DNA of 32,558 nucleotides. Origin: a virus (lineage: Duplodnaviria; Heunggongvirae; Uroviricota; Caudoviricetes). The stretch is taken from the IMG/VR virus record IMGVR_UViG_2695420817_000008; one strand, given 5' to 3'. The position numbers and the translations under genes are program-made. A model generated the notes under the pieces. The model had not been told where the DNA came from, did no database searches, and worked only from the letters and a program-made list of their open reading frames with translations. Shown here one piece after another: positions 15,700 to 29,875 of this stretch (position 1 is the stretch's first letter; each line of letters begins with the position of its first letter).

Positions 15700-15933
15700 T
15701 GTATTATCATTTTCGGGTCCTTTCCGGCGATCCAGAACGTTACGGGGCGGAAGGCGCGCGGGTTTTCGCTATTTATGAAAATTTTCCGGTTTAAGGCGTT
15801 TCCGTTCTTCTTCGTCGTAACTTAATGTTTTTATTTAAAACACCCTCTAAAAAGAAAGGAAACGACAGGTGCTGAAAACGGGCTTTTTGGCTTCTGTCGT
15901 TTCCTTTCTCTGTTTTTGTCCGTGGAATGAACA
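15700..15933. other. cos: cos region (cosQ, cosN, cosB); inferred cohesive-end 12-mer GGGCGGAAGGCG at 15745..15756
   Basis: Flanks match lambda (GGGTCCTTTCCGG...GTTACG upstream; CGCGGGTTTTCGCTATTTATGAAAATTTTCCGGTTTAAGGCGTTTCCGTTC... downstream). The 12-mer differs from lambda GGGCGGCGACCT at positions 7-12. Confidence 0.8.
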
Positions 15934-16453
15934 ATGGAAGTCAACAAAAAGCAGCTGGCTGACATTTTCGGCGCGAGTATCCGTACCATTCAGAACTGGC
16001 AGGAGCAGGGAATGCCCGTTCTGCGAGGCGGTGGGAAGGGTAATGAGGTGCTTTATGACTCTGCCGCCGTCATAAAATGGTATGCCGAAAGGGATGCTGA
16101 AATTGAGAACGAAAAGCTGCGCCGGGAGGTTGAAGAACTGCGACAGGCCAGCGAGACAGATCTCCAGCCAGGGACTATTGAGTACGAACGCCATCGACTT
16201 ACGCGTGCGCAGGCCGACGCACAGGAGCTGAAAAATGCCAGAGACTCCGCTGAAGTGGTGGAAACCGCATTCTGTTCTTTCGTGCTGTCGCGGATCGCAG
16301 GTGAAATTGCCAGTATTCTCGACGGGATCCCCCTGTCGGTGCAGCGGCGTTTTCCGGAACTGGAAAACCGACATGTTGATTTCCTGAAACGGGATATCAT
16401 CAAAGCCATGAACAAAGCAGCCGCGCTGGATGAACTGATACCGGGGTTGCTGA

Positions 16454-16479
<26 letters not shown>
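15934..16479 (+). CDS. nu1: terminase small subunit Nu1
   Basis: MEVNKKQLADIFGASIRTIQNWQEQGMPVLRGGGKGNEVLYDSAAVIKWYAERDAEIENEKLRREVEEL... matches lambda Nu1 as recalled. Confidence 0.95.
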
Positions 16480-20160
<3,681 letters not shown>

Positions 20161-20180
<20 letters not shown>

Positions 20181-21480
20181 TCTCCCGCATATTGCCAGCA
20201 TGGCCTTTAATGAGCCGCTGATGCTTGAACCCGCCTATGCGCGGGTTTTCTTTTGTGCGCTTGCAGGCCAGCTTGGGATCAGCCGCCTGACGGATGCGGT
20301 GTCCGGCGACAGCCTGACTGCCCAGGAGGCACTCGCGACGCTGGCATTATCCGGTGATGATGACGGACCACGACAGACCCGCAGTTATCAGGTCATGAAC
20401 GGCATCGCCGTGCTGCCGGTGTCCGGCACGCTGGTCAGCCGGACGCGGGCGCTGCAGCCGTACTCGGGGATGACCGGTTACAACGGCATTATCGCCCGTC
20501 TGCAACAGGCTGCCAGCGATCCGATGGTGGACGGCATTCTGCTCGATATGGACACGCCCGGCGGGATGGTGGCGGGGGCATTTGACTGCGCTGACATCAT
20601 CGCCCGTGTGCGTGACATAAAACCGGTATGGGCGCTTGCCAACGACATGAACTGCAGTGCAGGTCAGTTGCTTGCCAGTGCCGCCTCCCGGCGTCTGGTC
20701 ACGCAGACCGCCCGGACAGGCTCCATCGGCGTCATGATGGCTCACAGTAATTACGGTGCTGCGCTGGAGAAACAGGGTGTGGAAATCACGCTGATTTACA
20801 GCGGCAGCCATAAGGTGGATGGCAACCCCTACAGCCATCTTCCGGATGACGTCCGGGAGACACTGCAGTCCCGGATGGACGCAACCCGCCAGATGTTTGC
20901 GCAGAAGGTGTCGGCATATACCGGCCTGTCCGTGCAGGCTGTGCTGGATACCGAGGCTGCAGTGTACAGCGGTCAGGAGGCCATTGATGCCGGACTGGCT
21001 GATGAACTTGTTAACAGCACCGATGCGATCACCGTCATGCGTGATGCACTGGATGCACGTAAATCCCGTCTCTCAGGAGGGCGAATGACCAAAGAGACTC
21101 AATCAACAACTGTTTCAGCCACTGCTTCGCAGGCTGACGTTACTGACGTGGTGCCAGCGACGGAGGGCGAAAACGCCAGCGCGGCGCAGCCGGACGTGAA
21201 CGCGCAGATCACCGCAGCGGTTGCGGCAGAAAACAGCCGCATTATGGGGATCCTCAACTGTGAGGAGGCTCACGGACGCGAAGAACAGGCACGCGTGCTG
21301 GCAGAAACCCCCGGTATGACCGTGGAAACGGCCCGCCGCATTCTGGCCGCAGCACCACAGAGTGCACAGGCGCGCAGTGACACTGCGCTGGATCGTCTGA
21401 TGCAGGGGGCACCGGCACCGCTGGCTGCAGGTAACCCGGCATCTGATGCCGTTAACGATTTGCTGAACACACCAGTGTAA
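20161..21480 (+). CDS. C: head maturation protease / minor capsid protein C (S49 family)
   Basis: GTG start at 20161 after GAGGAGG; VTAELRNLPHIASMAFNEPLMLEPAYARVFFCALAGQLGIS... matches lambda gpC. The supplied ORF (20026..21480) extends further upstream in frame. Confidence 0.92.
20875..21480 (+). CDS. nu3: scaffolding protein Nu3 (in-frame internal start within C)
   Basis: Internal ATG at 20875 (MDATRQMFAQKVSAYTGL...) in the C reading frame, at the lambda-equivalent position. Confidence 0.8.
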   Translation: MDATRQMFAQKVSAYTGLSVQAVLDTEAAVYSGQEAIDAGLADELVNSTDAITVMRDALDARKSRLSGGRMTKETQSTTVSATASQADVTDVVPATEGENASAAQPDVNAQITAAVAAENSRIMGILNCEEAHGREEQARVLAETPGMTVETARRILAAAPQSAQARSDTALDRLMQGAPAPLAAGNPASDAVNDLLNTPV

Positions 21481-21489
21481 GGGATGTTT

Positions 21490-21822
21490 ATGACGAGCAA
21501 AGAAACCTTTACCCATTACCAGCCGCTGGGCAACAGTGACCCGGCTCATACCGCAACCGCGCCCGGCGGATTGAGTGCGAAAGCGCCTGCAATGACCCCG
21601 CTGATGCTGGACACCTCCAGCCGTAAGCTGGTTGCGTGGGATGGCACCACCGACGGTGCTGCCGTTGGCATTCTTGCGGTTGCTGCTGACCAGACCAGCA
21701 CCACGCTGACGTTCTACAAGTCCGGCACGTTCCGTTATGAGGATGTGCTCTGGCCGGAGGCTGCCAGCGACGAGACGAAAAAACGGACCGCGTTTGCCGG
21801 AACGGCAATCAGCATCGTTTAA
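21490..21822 (+). CDS. D: head decoration protein D
   Basis: [64 protein letters not shown]... matches lambda gpD (110 aa). Confidence 0.95.
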   Translation: MTSKETFTHYQPLGNSDPAHTATAPGGLSAKAPAMTPLMLDTSSRKLVAWDGTTDGAAVGILAVAADQTSTTLTFYKSGTFRYEDVLWPEAASDETKKRTAFAGTAISIV

Positions 21823-21877
21823 CTTTACCCTTCATCACTAAAGGCCGCCTGTGCGGCTTTTTTTACGGGATTTTTTT

Positions 21878-22903
21878 ATGTCGATGTACACAACCGCCCA
21901 ACTGCTGGCGGCAAATGAGCAGAAATTTAAGTTTGATCCGCTGTTTCTGCGTCTCTTTTTCCGTGAGAGCTATCCCTTCACCACGGAGAAAGTCTATCTC
22001 TCACAAATTCCGGGACTGGTAAACATGGCGCTGTACGTTTCGCCGATTGTTTCCGGTGAGGTTATCCGTTCCCGTGGCGGCTCCACCTCTGAATTTACGC
22101 CGGGATATGTCAAGCCGAAGCATGAAGTGAATCCGCAGATGACCCTGCGTCGCCTGCCGGATGAAGATCCGCAGAATCTGGCGGACCCGGCTTACCGCCG
22201 CCGTCGCATCATCATGCAGAACATGCGTGACGAAGAGCTGGCCATTGCTCAGGTCGAAGAGATGCAGGCAGTTTCTGCCGTGCTTAAGGGCAAATACACC
22301 ATGACCGGTGAAGCCTTCGATCCGGTTGAGGTGGATATGGGCCGCAGTGAGGAGAATAACATCACGCAGTCCGGCGGCACGGAGTGGAGCAAGCGTGACA
22401 AGTCCACGTATGACCCGACCGACGATATCGAAGCCTACGCGCTGAATGCCAGCGGTGTGGTGAATATCATCGTGTTCGATCCGAAAGGCTGGGCGCTGTT
22501 CCGTTCCTTCAAAGCCGTCAGGGAGAAGCTGGATACCCGTCGCGGCTCTCATTCCGAACTGGAGACAGCGGTAAAAGACCTGGGCAAAGCGGTGTCTTAT
22601 AAGGGAATGTATGGCGATGTGGCCATCGTCGTGTATTCCGGACAGTACGTGGAAAACGGCGTCAAAAAGAACTTCCTGCCGGACAACACGATGGTGCTGG
22701 GTAACACTCATGCACGCGGTCTGCGCACCTATGGCTGCATTCAGGATGCGGACGCACAGCGCGAAGGCATTAACGCCTCTGCCCGTTACCCGAAAAACTG
22801 GGTGACCACCGGCGATCCGGCGCGTGAGTTCACCATGATTCAGTCAGCACCGCTGATGCTGCTGGCTGACCCTGATGAGTTCGTGTCCGTACAACTGGCG
22901 TAA
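21878..22903 (+). CDS. E: major capsid protein E
   Basis: MSMYTTAQLLAANEQKFKFDPLFLRLFFRESYPFTTEKVYLSQIPGLVNMALYVSPIVSGEV... matches lambda gpE (341 aa). Confidence 0.95.
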   Translation: MSMYTTAQLLAANEQKFKFDPLFLRLFFRESYPFTTEKVYLSQIPGLVNMALYVSPIVSGEVIRSRGGSTSEFTPGYVKPKHEVNPQMTLRRLPDEDPQNLADPAYRRRRIIMQNMRDEELAIAQVEEMQAVSAVLKGKYTMTGEAFDPVEVDMGRSEENNITQSGGTEWSKRDKSTYDPTDDIEAYALNASGVVNIIVFDPKGWALFRSFKAVREKLDTRRGSHSELETAVKDLGKAVSYKGMYGDVAIVVYSGQYVENGVKKNFLPDNTMVLGNTHARGLRTYGCIQDADAQREGINASARYPKNWVTTGDPAREFTMIQSAPLMLLADPDEFVSVQLA

Positions 22904-22944
22904 TCATGGCCCTTCGGGGCCATTGTTTCTCTGTGGAGGAGTCC

Positions 22945-23343
22945 ATGACGAAAGATGAACTGATTGCCCGTCTCCGCTCGCTGGGTGAACAACTGAACCG
23001 TGATGTCAGCCTGACGGGGACGAAAGAAGAACTGGCGCTCCGTGTGGCAGAGCTGGAAGAGGAACTTGATGACACGGATGAAACTGCCGGTCAGGACACC
23101 CCTCTCAGCCGGGAAAATGTGCTGACCGGACATGAAAATGAGGTGGGATCAGCGCAGCCGGATACCGTGATTCTGGATACGTCTGAACTGGTCACGGTCG
23201 TGGCACTGGTGAAGCTGCATACTGATGCACTTCACGTCACGCGGGATGAACCTGTGGCATTTGTGCTGCCGGGAACGGCGTTTCGTGTCTCTGCCGGTGT
23301 GGCAGCCGAAATGACAGAGCGCGGCCTGGCCAGAATGCAATAA
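22945..23343 (+). CDS. FI: DNA packaging protein FI
   Basis: MTKDELIARLRSLGEQLNRDVSLTGTKEELALRVAELEEELDDTDE... matches lambda FI. Confidence 0.93.
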   Translation: MTKDELIARLRSLGEQLNRDVSLTGTKEELALRVAELEEELDDTDETAGQDTPLSRENVLTGHENEVGSAQPDTVILDTSELVTVVALVKLHTDALHVTRDEPVAFVLPGTAFRVSAGVAAEMTERGLARMQ

Positions 23344-23354
23344 CGGGAGGCGCT

Positions 23355-23708
23355 GTGGCTGATTTCGATAACCTGTTCGATGCTGCCATTGCCCGCGCCG
23401 ATGAAACGATACGCGGGTACATGGGAACGTCAGCCACCATGACATCCGGTGAGCAGTCAGGTGCGGTGATACGTGGTGTTTTTGATGACCCTGAAAATAT
23501 CAGCTATGCCGGACAGGGCGTGCGCGTTGAAGGCTCCAGCCCGTCCCTGTTTGTCCGGACTGATGAGGTGCGGCAGCTGCGGCGTGGAGACACGCTGACC
23601 ATCGGTGAGGAAAATTTCTGGGTAGATCGGGTTTCGCCAGATGATGGCGGAAGTTGTCATCTCTGGCTTGGACGGGGCGTACCGCCTGCCGTTAACCGTC
23701 GCCGCTGA
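23355..23708 (+). CDS. FII: head-tail connector protein FII
   Basis: MADFDNLFDAAIARADETIRGYMGTSATMTSGEQSGAVIRGVFDDPENIS... matches lambda FII (117 aa). Confidence 0.93.
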   Translation: MADFDNLFDAAIARADETIRGYMGTSATMTSGEQSGAVIRGVFDDPENISYAGQGVRVEGSSPSLFVRTDEVRQLRRGDTLTIGEENFWVDRVSPDDGGSCHLWLGRGVPPAVNRRR

Positions 23709-23719
23709 AAGGGGGATGT

Positions 23720-24298
23720 ATGGCCATACAGGGTCTTGAGCAGGCCGTTGAAAACCTCAGCCGTATCAGCAAAACGGCGGTGCCCGGTGCCTCCGCAATG
23801 GCCATTAACCGCGTTGCTTCATCCGCGATATCGCAGTCGGCGTCACAGGTTGCCCGTGAGACAAAGGTACGCCGGAAACTGGTAAAGGAAAGGGCCTGGC
23901 TGAAAAGGGCCACGGTCAAAAATCCGCAGGCCAGAATCAAAATTAACCGGGGGGATTTGCCCGTAATCAGGCTGGGTAACGCGCGGGTTGTCCTGTCCCG
24001 ACGCAGGCGTCGTAAAAAGGGGCAGCGTTCAGCCCTGAAAGGTGGCGGCAGCGTGCTTGTGGTGGGAAACCGTCGTATTCCCGGCGCGTTTATTCAGCAA
24101 CTGAAAAATGGCCGCTGGCATGTCATGCAGCGTGTGGCCGGGAAAAACCGTTACCCCATTGATGTGGTGAAAATCCCGATGGCGGTGCCGCTGACCACGG
24201 CGTTTAAACAGAATATTGAGCGGATACGGCGTGAGCGTCTTCCGAAAGAGCTGGGCTATGCGCTGCAGCATCAACTGAGGATGGTAATAAAGCGATGA
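23720..24298 (+). CDS. Z: tail completion protein Z
   Basis: 192 aa, MAIQGLEQAVENLSRISKTAVPGASAMAINRVASSAISQSASQVARETKV...; matches lambda Z. Confidence 0.93.
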   Translation: MAIQGLEQAVENLSRISKTAVPGASAMAINRVASSAISQSASQVARETKVRRKLVKERAWLKRATVKNPQARIKINRGDLPVIRLGNARVVLSRRRRRKKGQRSALKGGGSVLVVGNRRIPGAFIQQLKNGRWHVMQRVAGKNRYPIDVVKIPMAVPLTTAFKQNIERIRRERLPKELGYALQHQLRMVIKR

Positions 24299-24690
24299 AA
24301 CATACTGAACTCCGTGCAGCCGTACTGGATGCACTGGAGAAGCATGACACCGGAGCGACGTTTTTTGATGGTCGCCCCGCTGTTTTTGATGAGGCGGATT
24401 TTCCGGCAGTTGCCGTTTATCTCACCGGCGCTGAATACACGGGCGAAGAGCTGGATAGCGATACCTGGCAGGCGGAGCTGCATATCGAAGTTTTCCTGCC
24501 TGCTCAGGTGCCGGATTCAGAGCTGGATGCGTGGATGGAGTCCCGGATTTATCCGGTGATGAGCGATATCCCTGCACTGTCAGATTTGATCACCAGTATG
24601 GTGGCCAGCGGCTATGACTACCGGCGCGACGATGATGCGGGCCTGTGGAGTTCTGCCGATCTGACTTATGTCATTACCTATGAAATGTGA
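24295..24690 (+). CDS. U: tail tube terminator protein U
   Basis: 131 aa, [56 protein letters not shown]...; matches lambda U. Confidence 0.93.
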   Translation: MKHTELRAAVLDALEKHDTGATFFDGRPAVFDEADFPAVAVYLTGAEYTGEELDSDTWQAELHIEVFLPAQVPDSELDAWMESRIYPVMSDIPALSDLITSMVASGYDYRRDDDAGLWSSADLTYVITYEM

Positions 24691-24697
24691 GGACGAT

Positions 24698-25438
24698 ATG
24701 CCTGTACCAAATCCTGTAATGCCGGTGAAAGGTGCCGGGACCACACTGTGGGTTTATCAGGGGAACGGTGACCCTTATGCGAACCCGCTTTCAGACGTTG
24801 ACTGGTCGCGTCTGGCTAAAGTTAAAGACCTGACGCCCGGCGAACTGACCGCTGAGTCCTATGACGACAGTTATCTCGATGATGAAGATGCAGACTGGAC
24901 CGCGACCGGACAGGGGCAAAAATCCGCCGGAGATACCAGCTTCACGCTGGCGTGGATGCCCGGAGAGCAGGGGCAGCAGGCGCTGCTGGTGTGGTTTAAT
25001 AAAGGTGATACCCGTGCCTATAAAATCCGCTTCCCGAACGGCACGGTCGATGTGTTCCGTGGCTGGGTCAGCAGTATCGGTAAGGCGGTGACGGCGAAGG
25101 AAGTGATCACCCGTACGGTGAAGATCACCAATGTGGGCCGTCCGTCAATGGCAGAAGATCGCAGTACGGTGACGGCGGCAACCGGTATGACCGTGACGCC
25201 TGCCAGCTCCTCGGTGGTGAAAGGGCAGAGCACCACGCTGACCGTGGCATTCCAGCCGGAGGGCGCAACTGACAAGAGCTTCCGTGCGGTGTCAGCGGAT
25301 AAAACAAAAGCCACCGTGTCGGTCAGTGGTATGACCATCACCGTGAAAGGCGTTGCTGCAGGTAAGGTCAACATTCCGGTTGTATCCGGTAATGGTGAAC
25401 TTGCTGCGGTTGCAGAAATCACTGTCACCGACAGTTAA
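24698..25438 (+). CDS. V: major tail tube protein V (with C-terminal Ig-like domain)
   Basis: [67 protein letters not shown]... matches lambda gpV; start taken at the ATG at 24698. Confidence 0.93.
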   Translation: MPVPNPVMPVKGAGTTLWVYQGNGDPYANPLSDVDWSRLAKVKDLTPGELTAESYDDSYLDDEDADWTATGQGQKSAGDTSFTLAWMPGEQGQQALLVWFNKGDTRAYKIRFPNGTVDVFRGWVSSIGKAVTAKEVITRTVKITNVGRPSMAEDRSTVTAATGMTVTPASSSVVKGQSTTLTVAFQPEGATDKSFRAVSADKTKATVSVSGMTITVKGVAAGKVNIPVVSGNGELAAVAEITVTDS

Positions 25439-25453
25439 TCCGGAGAGTCAGCG

Positions 25454-25876
25454 ATGTTCCTGAAAACCGAATCATTTGAACATAACGGCGTGACCGTCAC
25501 GCTTTCTGAACTGTCAGCCCTGCAGCGTATTGAGCATCTCGCCCTGATGAAACGGCAGGCAGAACAGGCGGAGTCAGACAGCAACCGGAAGTTTACTGTG
25601 GAAGACGCCATCAGAACCGGTGCTTTTGTGGTGGCTATGTCCCTGTGGCATAACCATCCGCAGAAGACAAAGCAGCCTTCCATGAATGAAGCCGTTAAAC
25701 AGATTGAGCAGGAAGTGCTTACCACCTGGCCCACAGAGGCAATTTCTCATGCTGAAAACGTGGTGTACCGGTTGTCCGGTATGTATGAGTTTGTGGTGAA
25801 TGATGCCCCTGAACAGGCAGAGGACGCCGGGCCTGCAGAGCCTGTTTCTGCGGGAAAGTGTTCGACGGTGAGCTGA
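25454..25876 (+). CDS. G: tail assembly chaperone G
   Basis: 140 aa, MFLKTESFEHNGVTVTLSELSALQRIEHLALMKRQAEQAESDSNRKFTVEDAIRTGAF...; matches lambda gpG. Confidence 0.93.
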   Translation: MFLKTESFEHNGVTVTLSELSALQRIEHLALMKRQAEQAESDSNRKFTVEDAIRTGAFVVAMSLWHNHPQKTKQPSMNEAVKQIEQEVLTTWPTEAISHAENVVYRLSGMYEFVVNDAPEQAEDAGPAEPVSAGKCSTVS

Positions 25877-26292
25877 GTTTTTCCCTGAAACTGGCGCGTG
25901 AGATGGGGCGACCCGACTGGCGTGCCATGCTTGCCGGGATGTCATCCACGGAGTATGCCGACTGGCACCGCTTTTACAGTACCCATTATTTTCATGATGT
26001 TCTGCTGGATATGCACTTTTCCGGGCTGACGTACACCGTGCTCAGCCTGTTTTTCAGCGATCCGGATATGCATCCGCTGGATTTCAGTTTGCTGAACCAG
26101 CGCGAGGCTGACGAAGAGCCTGAAGATGATGTGCTGATGCAGAAAGCGGCAGGGCTTGGCGGAGGTGTCCGCTTTGGCCCGGACGGGAATGAAGTTATCC
26201 CCGCTTCCCCGGATGTGGCAGACATGACGGAGGATGACGTAATGCTGATGACAGTATCAGAAGGGATCGCAGGAGGAGTCCGGTATGGCTGA
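25454..26292 (+). CDS. T: tail assembly chaperone G-T fusion made by programmed -1 ribosomal frameshift
   Basis: Slippery heptamer GGGAAAG at 25852..25858 near the end of G; the -1 frame continues as the T ORF to 26292, as in lambda. Confidence 0.85.
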
Positions 26293-28846
26293 ACCGGTAG
26301 GCGATCTGGTCGTTGATTTAAGTCTGGATGCGGCCAGATTTGACGAGCAGATGGCCAGAGTCAGGCGTCATTTTTCCGGTACGGAAAGTGATGCGAAAAA
26401 AACAGCGGCAGTCGTTGAACAGTCGCTGAGGCGACAGGCACTGGCTGCACAGAAAGCGGGGATTTCCGTCGGGCAGTATAAAGCTGCCATGCGTATGCTG
26501 CCTGCGCAGTTCACCGACGTGGCCACGCAGCTTGCAGGCGGGCAAAGTCCGTGGCTGATCCTGCTGCAACAGGGTGGTCAGGTGAAGGACTCCTTCGGCG
26601 GGATGATCCCCATGTTCAGGGGGCTTGCCGGTGCGATCACCCTGCCGATGGTCGGGGCCACCTCGCTGGCGGTGGCGACCGGTGCGCTGGCGTATGCCTG
26701 GTATCAGGGCAACTCAACCCTGTCCGATTTCAACAAAACGCTGGTCCTTTCCGGCAATCAGTCGGGTCTGACGGCAGATCGTATGCTGGTCCTGTCCAGA
26801 GCCGGGCAGGCGGCAGGGCTGACGTTTAACCAGACCAGCGAGTCACTCAGCGCACTGGTTAAGGCGGGAGTAAGCGGTGAGGCTCAGATTGCATCCATCA
26901 GCCAGAGTGTGGCGCGTTTCTCCTCTGCATCCGGCGTGGAGGTGGACAAGGTCGCTGAAGCCTTCGGGAAGCTGACCACAGACCCGACGTCAGGGCTGAC
27001 AGCGATGGCACGCCAGTTCCATAACGTGACGGCGGAGCAGATTGCGTATGTTGCTCAGTTGCAGCGTTCCGGCGATGAAGCCGGGGCATTGCAGGCGGCG
27101 AACGAGGCCGCGACGAAAGGATTTGATGACCAGACCCGCCGCCTGAAAGAGAACATGGGTACGCTGGAGACCTGGGCAGACAGGACAGCACGGGCATTCA
27201 AATCCATGTGGGATGCGGTGCTGGATATTGGTCGTCCTGATACCGCTCAGGAGATGCTGATTAAGGCAGAGGCTGCGTTTAAGAAAGCGGACGACATCTG
27301 GAGTCTGCGCAAGGATGATTATTTTGTTAACGATGAAGCGCGGGCGCGTTACTGGGATGATCGTGAAAAGGCCCGTCTTGCGCTTGAAGCCGCGAGAAAG
27401 AAGGCTGAACAGCAGAGTCAACAGGACAAAAATGCGCAGCAGCAGAGCGATACTGAAGCGTCACGGCTGAAATATACCGAAGAGGCGCAGAAAGCTTACG
27501 AACGGCTGCAGACGCCGCTGGAGAAATATACCGCCCGTCAGGAAGAACTGAACAAGGCACTGAAGGACGGGAAAATTCTGCAGGCAGATTACAACACGCT
27601 GATGGCGGCGGCGAAAAAGGACTATGAAGCGACGCTGAAAAAGCCGAAACAGTCCGGCGTGAAGGTGTCTGCGGGCGATCGTCAGGAAGACAGTGCTCAT
27701 GCTGCCCTGCTGACGCTTCAGGCTGAACTCCGGACGCTGGAGAAGCATGCCGGAGCAAATGAGAAAATCAGCCAGCAGCGCCGGGATTTGTGGAAGGCGG
27801 AGAGTCAGTTCGCGGTACTGGAGGAGGCGGCGCAACGTCGCCAGCTGTCTGCACAGGAGAAATCCCTGCTGGCGCATAAAGATGAGACGCTGGAGTACAA
27901 ACGCCAGCTGGCTGCACTTGGCGACAAGGTTACGTATCAGGAGCGCCTGAACGCGCTGGCGCAGCAGGCGGATAAATTCGCACAGCAGCAACGGGCAAAA
28001 CGGGCCGCCATTGATGCGAAAAGCCGGGGACTGACTGACCGGCAGGCAGAACGGGAAGCCACGGAACAGCGCCTGAAGGAACAGTATGGCGATAATCCGC
28101 TGGCGCTGAATAACGTCATGTCAGAGCAGAAAAAGACCTGGGCGGCTGAAGACCAGCTTCGCGGGAGCTGGATGGCAGGCCTGAAGTCCGGCTGGAGTGA
28201 GTGGGAAGAGAGCGCCACGGACAGTATGTCGCAGGTAAAAAGTGCAGCCACGCAGACCTTTGATGGTATTGCACAGAATATGGCGGCGATGCTGACCGGC
28301 AGTGAGCAGAACTGGCGCAGCTTCACCCGTTCCGTGCTGTCCATGATGACAGAAATTCTGCTTAAGCAGGCAATGGTGGGGATTGTCGGGAGTATCGGCA
28401 GCGCCATTGGCGGGGCTGTTGGTGGCGGCGCATCCGCGTCAGGCGGTACAGCCATTCAGGCCGCTGCGGCGAAATTCCATTTTGCAACCGGAGGATTTAC
28501 GGGAACCGGCGGCAAATATGAGCCAGCGGGGATTGTTCACCGTGGTGAATTTGTCTTCACGAAGGAGGCAACCAGCCGGATTGGCGTGGGAAATCTCTAC
28601 CGGCTGATGCGCGGCTATGCCACCGGCGGTTATGTCGGTACACCGGGCAGCATGGCGGACAGCCGCTCGCAGGCGTCCGGGACGTTTGAGCAGAATAACC
28701 ATGTGGTGATTAACAACGACGGCACGAACGGTCAGATAGGGCCACAGGCGCTGAAGGCGGTTTATGACGTAGCCCGTAAGGCGGCAATGGATGTTGTGAC
28801 CGGGCAGATGCGCGATGGTGGTCTGTTCTCCGGAGGTGGACGATGA
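26285..28846 (+). CDS. H: tail tape measure protein H
   Basis: 853 aa, MAEPVGDLVVDLSLDAARFDEQMARVRRHFSGTESDAKKTAAVVEQSLRRQALAAQKAGIS...; matches lambda gpH in length and sequence. Confidence 0.95.
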   Translation: MAEPVGDLVVDLSLDAARFDEQMARVRRHFSGTESDAKKTAAVVEQSLRRQALAAQKAGISVGQYKAAMRMLPAQFTDVATQLAGGQSPWLILLQQGGQVKDSFGGMIPMFRGLAGAITLPMVGATSLAVATGALAYAWYQGNSTLSDFNKTLVLSGNQSGLTADRMLVLSRAGQAAGLTFNQTSESLSALVKAGVSGEAQIASISQSVARFSSASGVEVDKVAEAFGKLTTDPTSGLTAMARQFHNVTAEQIAYVAQLQRSGDEAGALQAANEAATKGFDDQTRRLKENMGTLETWADRTARAFKSMWDAVLDIGRPDTAQEMLIKAEAAFKKADDIWSLRKDDYFVNDEARARYWDDREKARLALEAARKKAEQQSQQDKNAQQQSDTEASRLKYTEEAQKAYERLQTPLEKYTARQEELNKALKDGKILQADYNTLMAAAKKDYEATLKKPKQSGVKVSAGDRQEDSAHAALLTLQAELRTLEKHAGANEKISQQRRDLWKAESQFAVLEEAAQRRQLSAQEKSLLAHKDETLEYKRQLAALGDKVTYQERLNALAQQADKFAQQQRAKRAAIDAKSRGLTDRQAEREATEQRLKEQYGDNPLALNNVMSEQKKTWAAEDQLRGSWMAGLKSGWSEWEESATDSMSQVKSAATQTFDGIAQNMAAMLTGSEQNWRSFTRSVLSMMTEILLKQAMVGIVGSIGSAIGGAVGGGASASGGTAIQAAAAKFHFATGGFTGTGGKYEPAGIVHRGEFVFTKEATSRIGVGNLYRLMRGYATGGYVGTPGSMADSRSQASGTFEQNNHVVINNDGTNGQIGPQALKAVYDVARKAAMDVVTGQMRDGGLFSGGGR

Positions 28847-29172
28847 AAACCTTCCGCTGGAAAGTGAAACCCGGTATGGATGTGGCTTCGGCCCCTTCCG
28901 TAAGAAAGGTGCGCTTTGGTGATGGCTATTCCCAGCGAGCGCCTGCCGGGCTGAATGCCGACCTGAAAACGTACAGCGTGACGCTTTCTGTTCCCCGTTG
29001 GGAGGCCACGGCGCTTGAGTCGTTTCTGGCTGAGCACGGGGGCTGGAAAGCCTTTCTGTGGACGCCGCCTTATGAGTGGCGGCAGATAAAGGTGACCTGC
29101 GCAAAATGGTCGTCGCGGGTCAGTATGCTGCGTGTTGAGTTCAGCGCAGAGTTTGAACAGGTGGTGAACTGA
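28843..29172 (+). CDS. M: tail tip protein M
   Basis: 109 aa, MKTFRWKVKPGMDVASAPSVRKVRFGDGYSQRAPAGLNADLKTYSVTLSVPRWEATALESF...; matches lambda gpM. Confidence 0.93.
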   Translation: MKTFRWKVKPGMDVASAPSVRKVRFGDGYSQRAPAGLNADLKTYSVTLSVPRWEATALESFLAEHGGWKAFLWTPPYEWRQIKVTCAKWSSRVSMLRVEFSAEFEQVVN

Positions 29173-29870
29173 TGCAGGATATCCGGCAGGAAACACTGAA
29201 TGAATGCACCCGTGCGGAGCAGTCGGCCAGCGTGGTGCTTTGGGAAATCGATCTGACAGAGGTCGGTGGAGAACGTTATTTTTTCTGTAATGAGCAGAAC
29301 GAAAAAGGTGAGCCGGTCACCTGGCAGGGGCGACAGTATCAGCCGTATCCCATTCAGGGGAGTGGTTTTGAACTGAATGGCAAAGGCACCAGTACGCGCC
29401 CCACGCTGACGGTTTCTAACCTGTACGGTATGGTCACCGGGATGGCGGAAGATCTGCAGAGTCTGGTCGGCGGAACGGTGGTCCGGCGTAAGGTTTACGC
29501 CCGTTTTCTGGATGCGGTGAACTTCGTCAACGGAAACAGTGACGCCGATCCGGAGCAGGAGGTGATCAGCCGCTGGCGCATTGAGCAGTGCAGCGAACTG
29601 AGCGCGGTGAGTGCCTCTTTTGTACTGTCCACGCCGACGGAAACGGACGGCGCTGTTTTTCCGGGACGTATCATGCTGGCCAACACCTGCACCTGGACCT
29701 ATCGCGGCGATGAGTGCGGTTATCACGGTCCGGCGGTCGCGGATGAATATGACCAGCCAACGTCCGATATCACGAAGGATAAATGCAGCAAATGCCTGAG
29801 CGGTTGTAAGTTCCGCAATAACGTCGGCAACTTTGGCGGCTTCCTTTCCATTAACAAACTTTCGCAGTAA
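29172..29870 (+). CDS. L: tail tip protein L
   Basis: 232 aa, MQDIRQETLNECTRAEQSASVVLWEIDLTEVGGERYFFCNEQNEKGEPVTWQGRQYQPYPI...; matches lambda gpL. Confidence 0.93.
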   Translation: MQDIRQETLNECTRAEQSASVVLWEIDLTEVGGERYFFCNEQNEKGEPVTWQGRQYQPYPIQGSGFELNGKGTSTRPTLTVSNLYGMVTGMAEDLQSLVGGTVVRRKVYARFLDAVNFVNGNSDADPEQEVISRWRIEQCSELSAVSASFVLSTPTETDGAVFPGRIMLANTCTWTYRGDECGYHGPAVADEYDQPTSDITKDKCSKCLSGCKFRNNVGNFGGFLSINKLSQ

Positions 29871-29875
29871 ATCCC

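Noticed and set aside
22001-22711. 236-aa minus-strand ORF inside major capsid gene E
   Set aside because: Antisense to a near-lambda-identical E gene; Arg/His-rich junk typical of shadow frames.
27461-29104. Several 140 to 220-aa minus-strand ORFs within H and M (27461..27991, 27937..28455, 28439..29104)
   Set aside because: All lie antisense to the tape-measure region, which matches lambda on the plus strand; spurious ORFs expected in GC-rich repetitive coding DNA.
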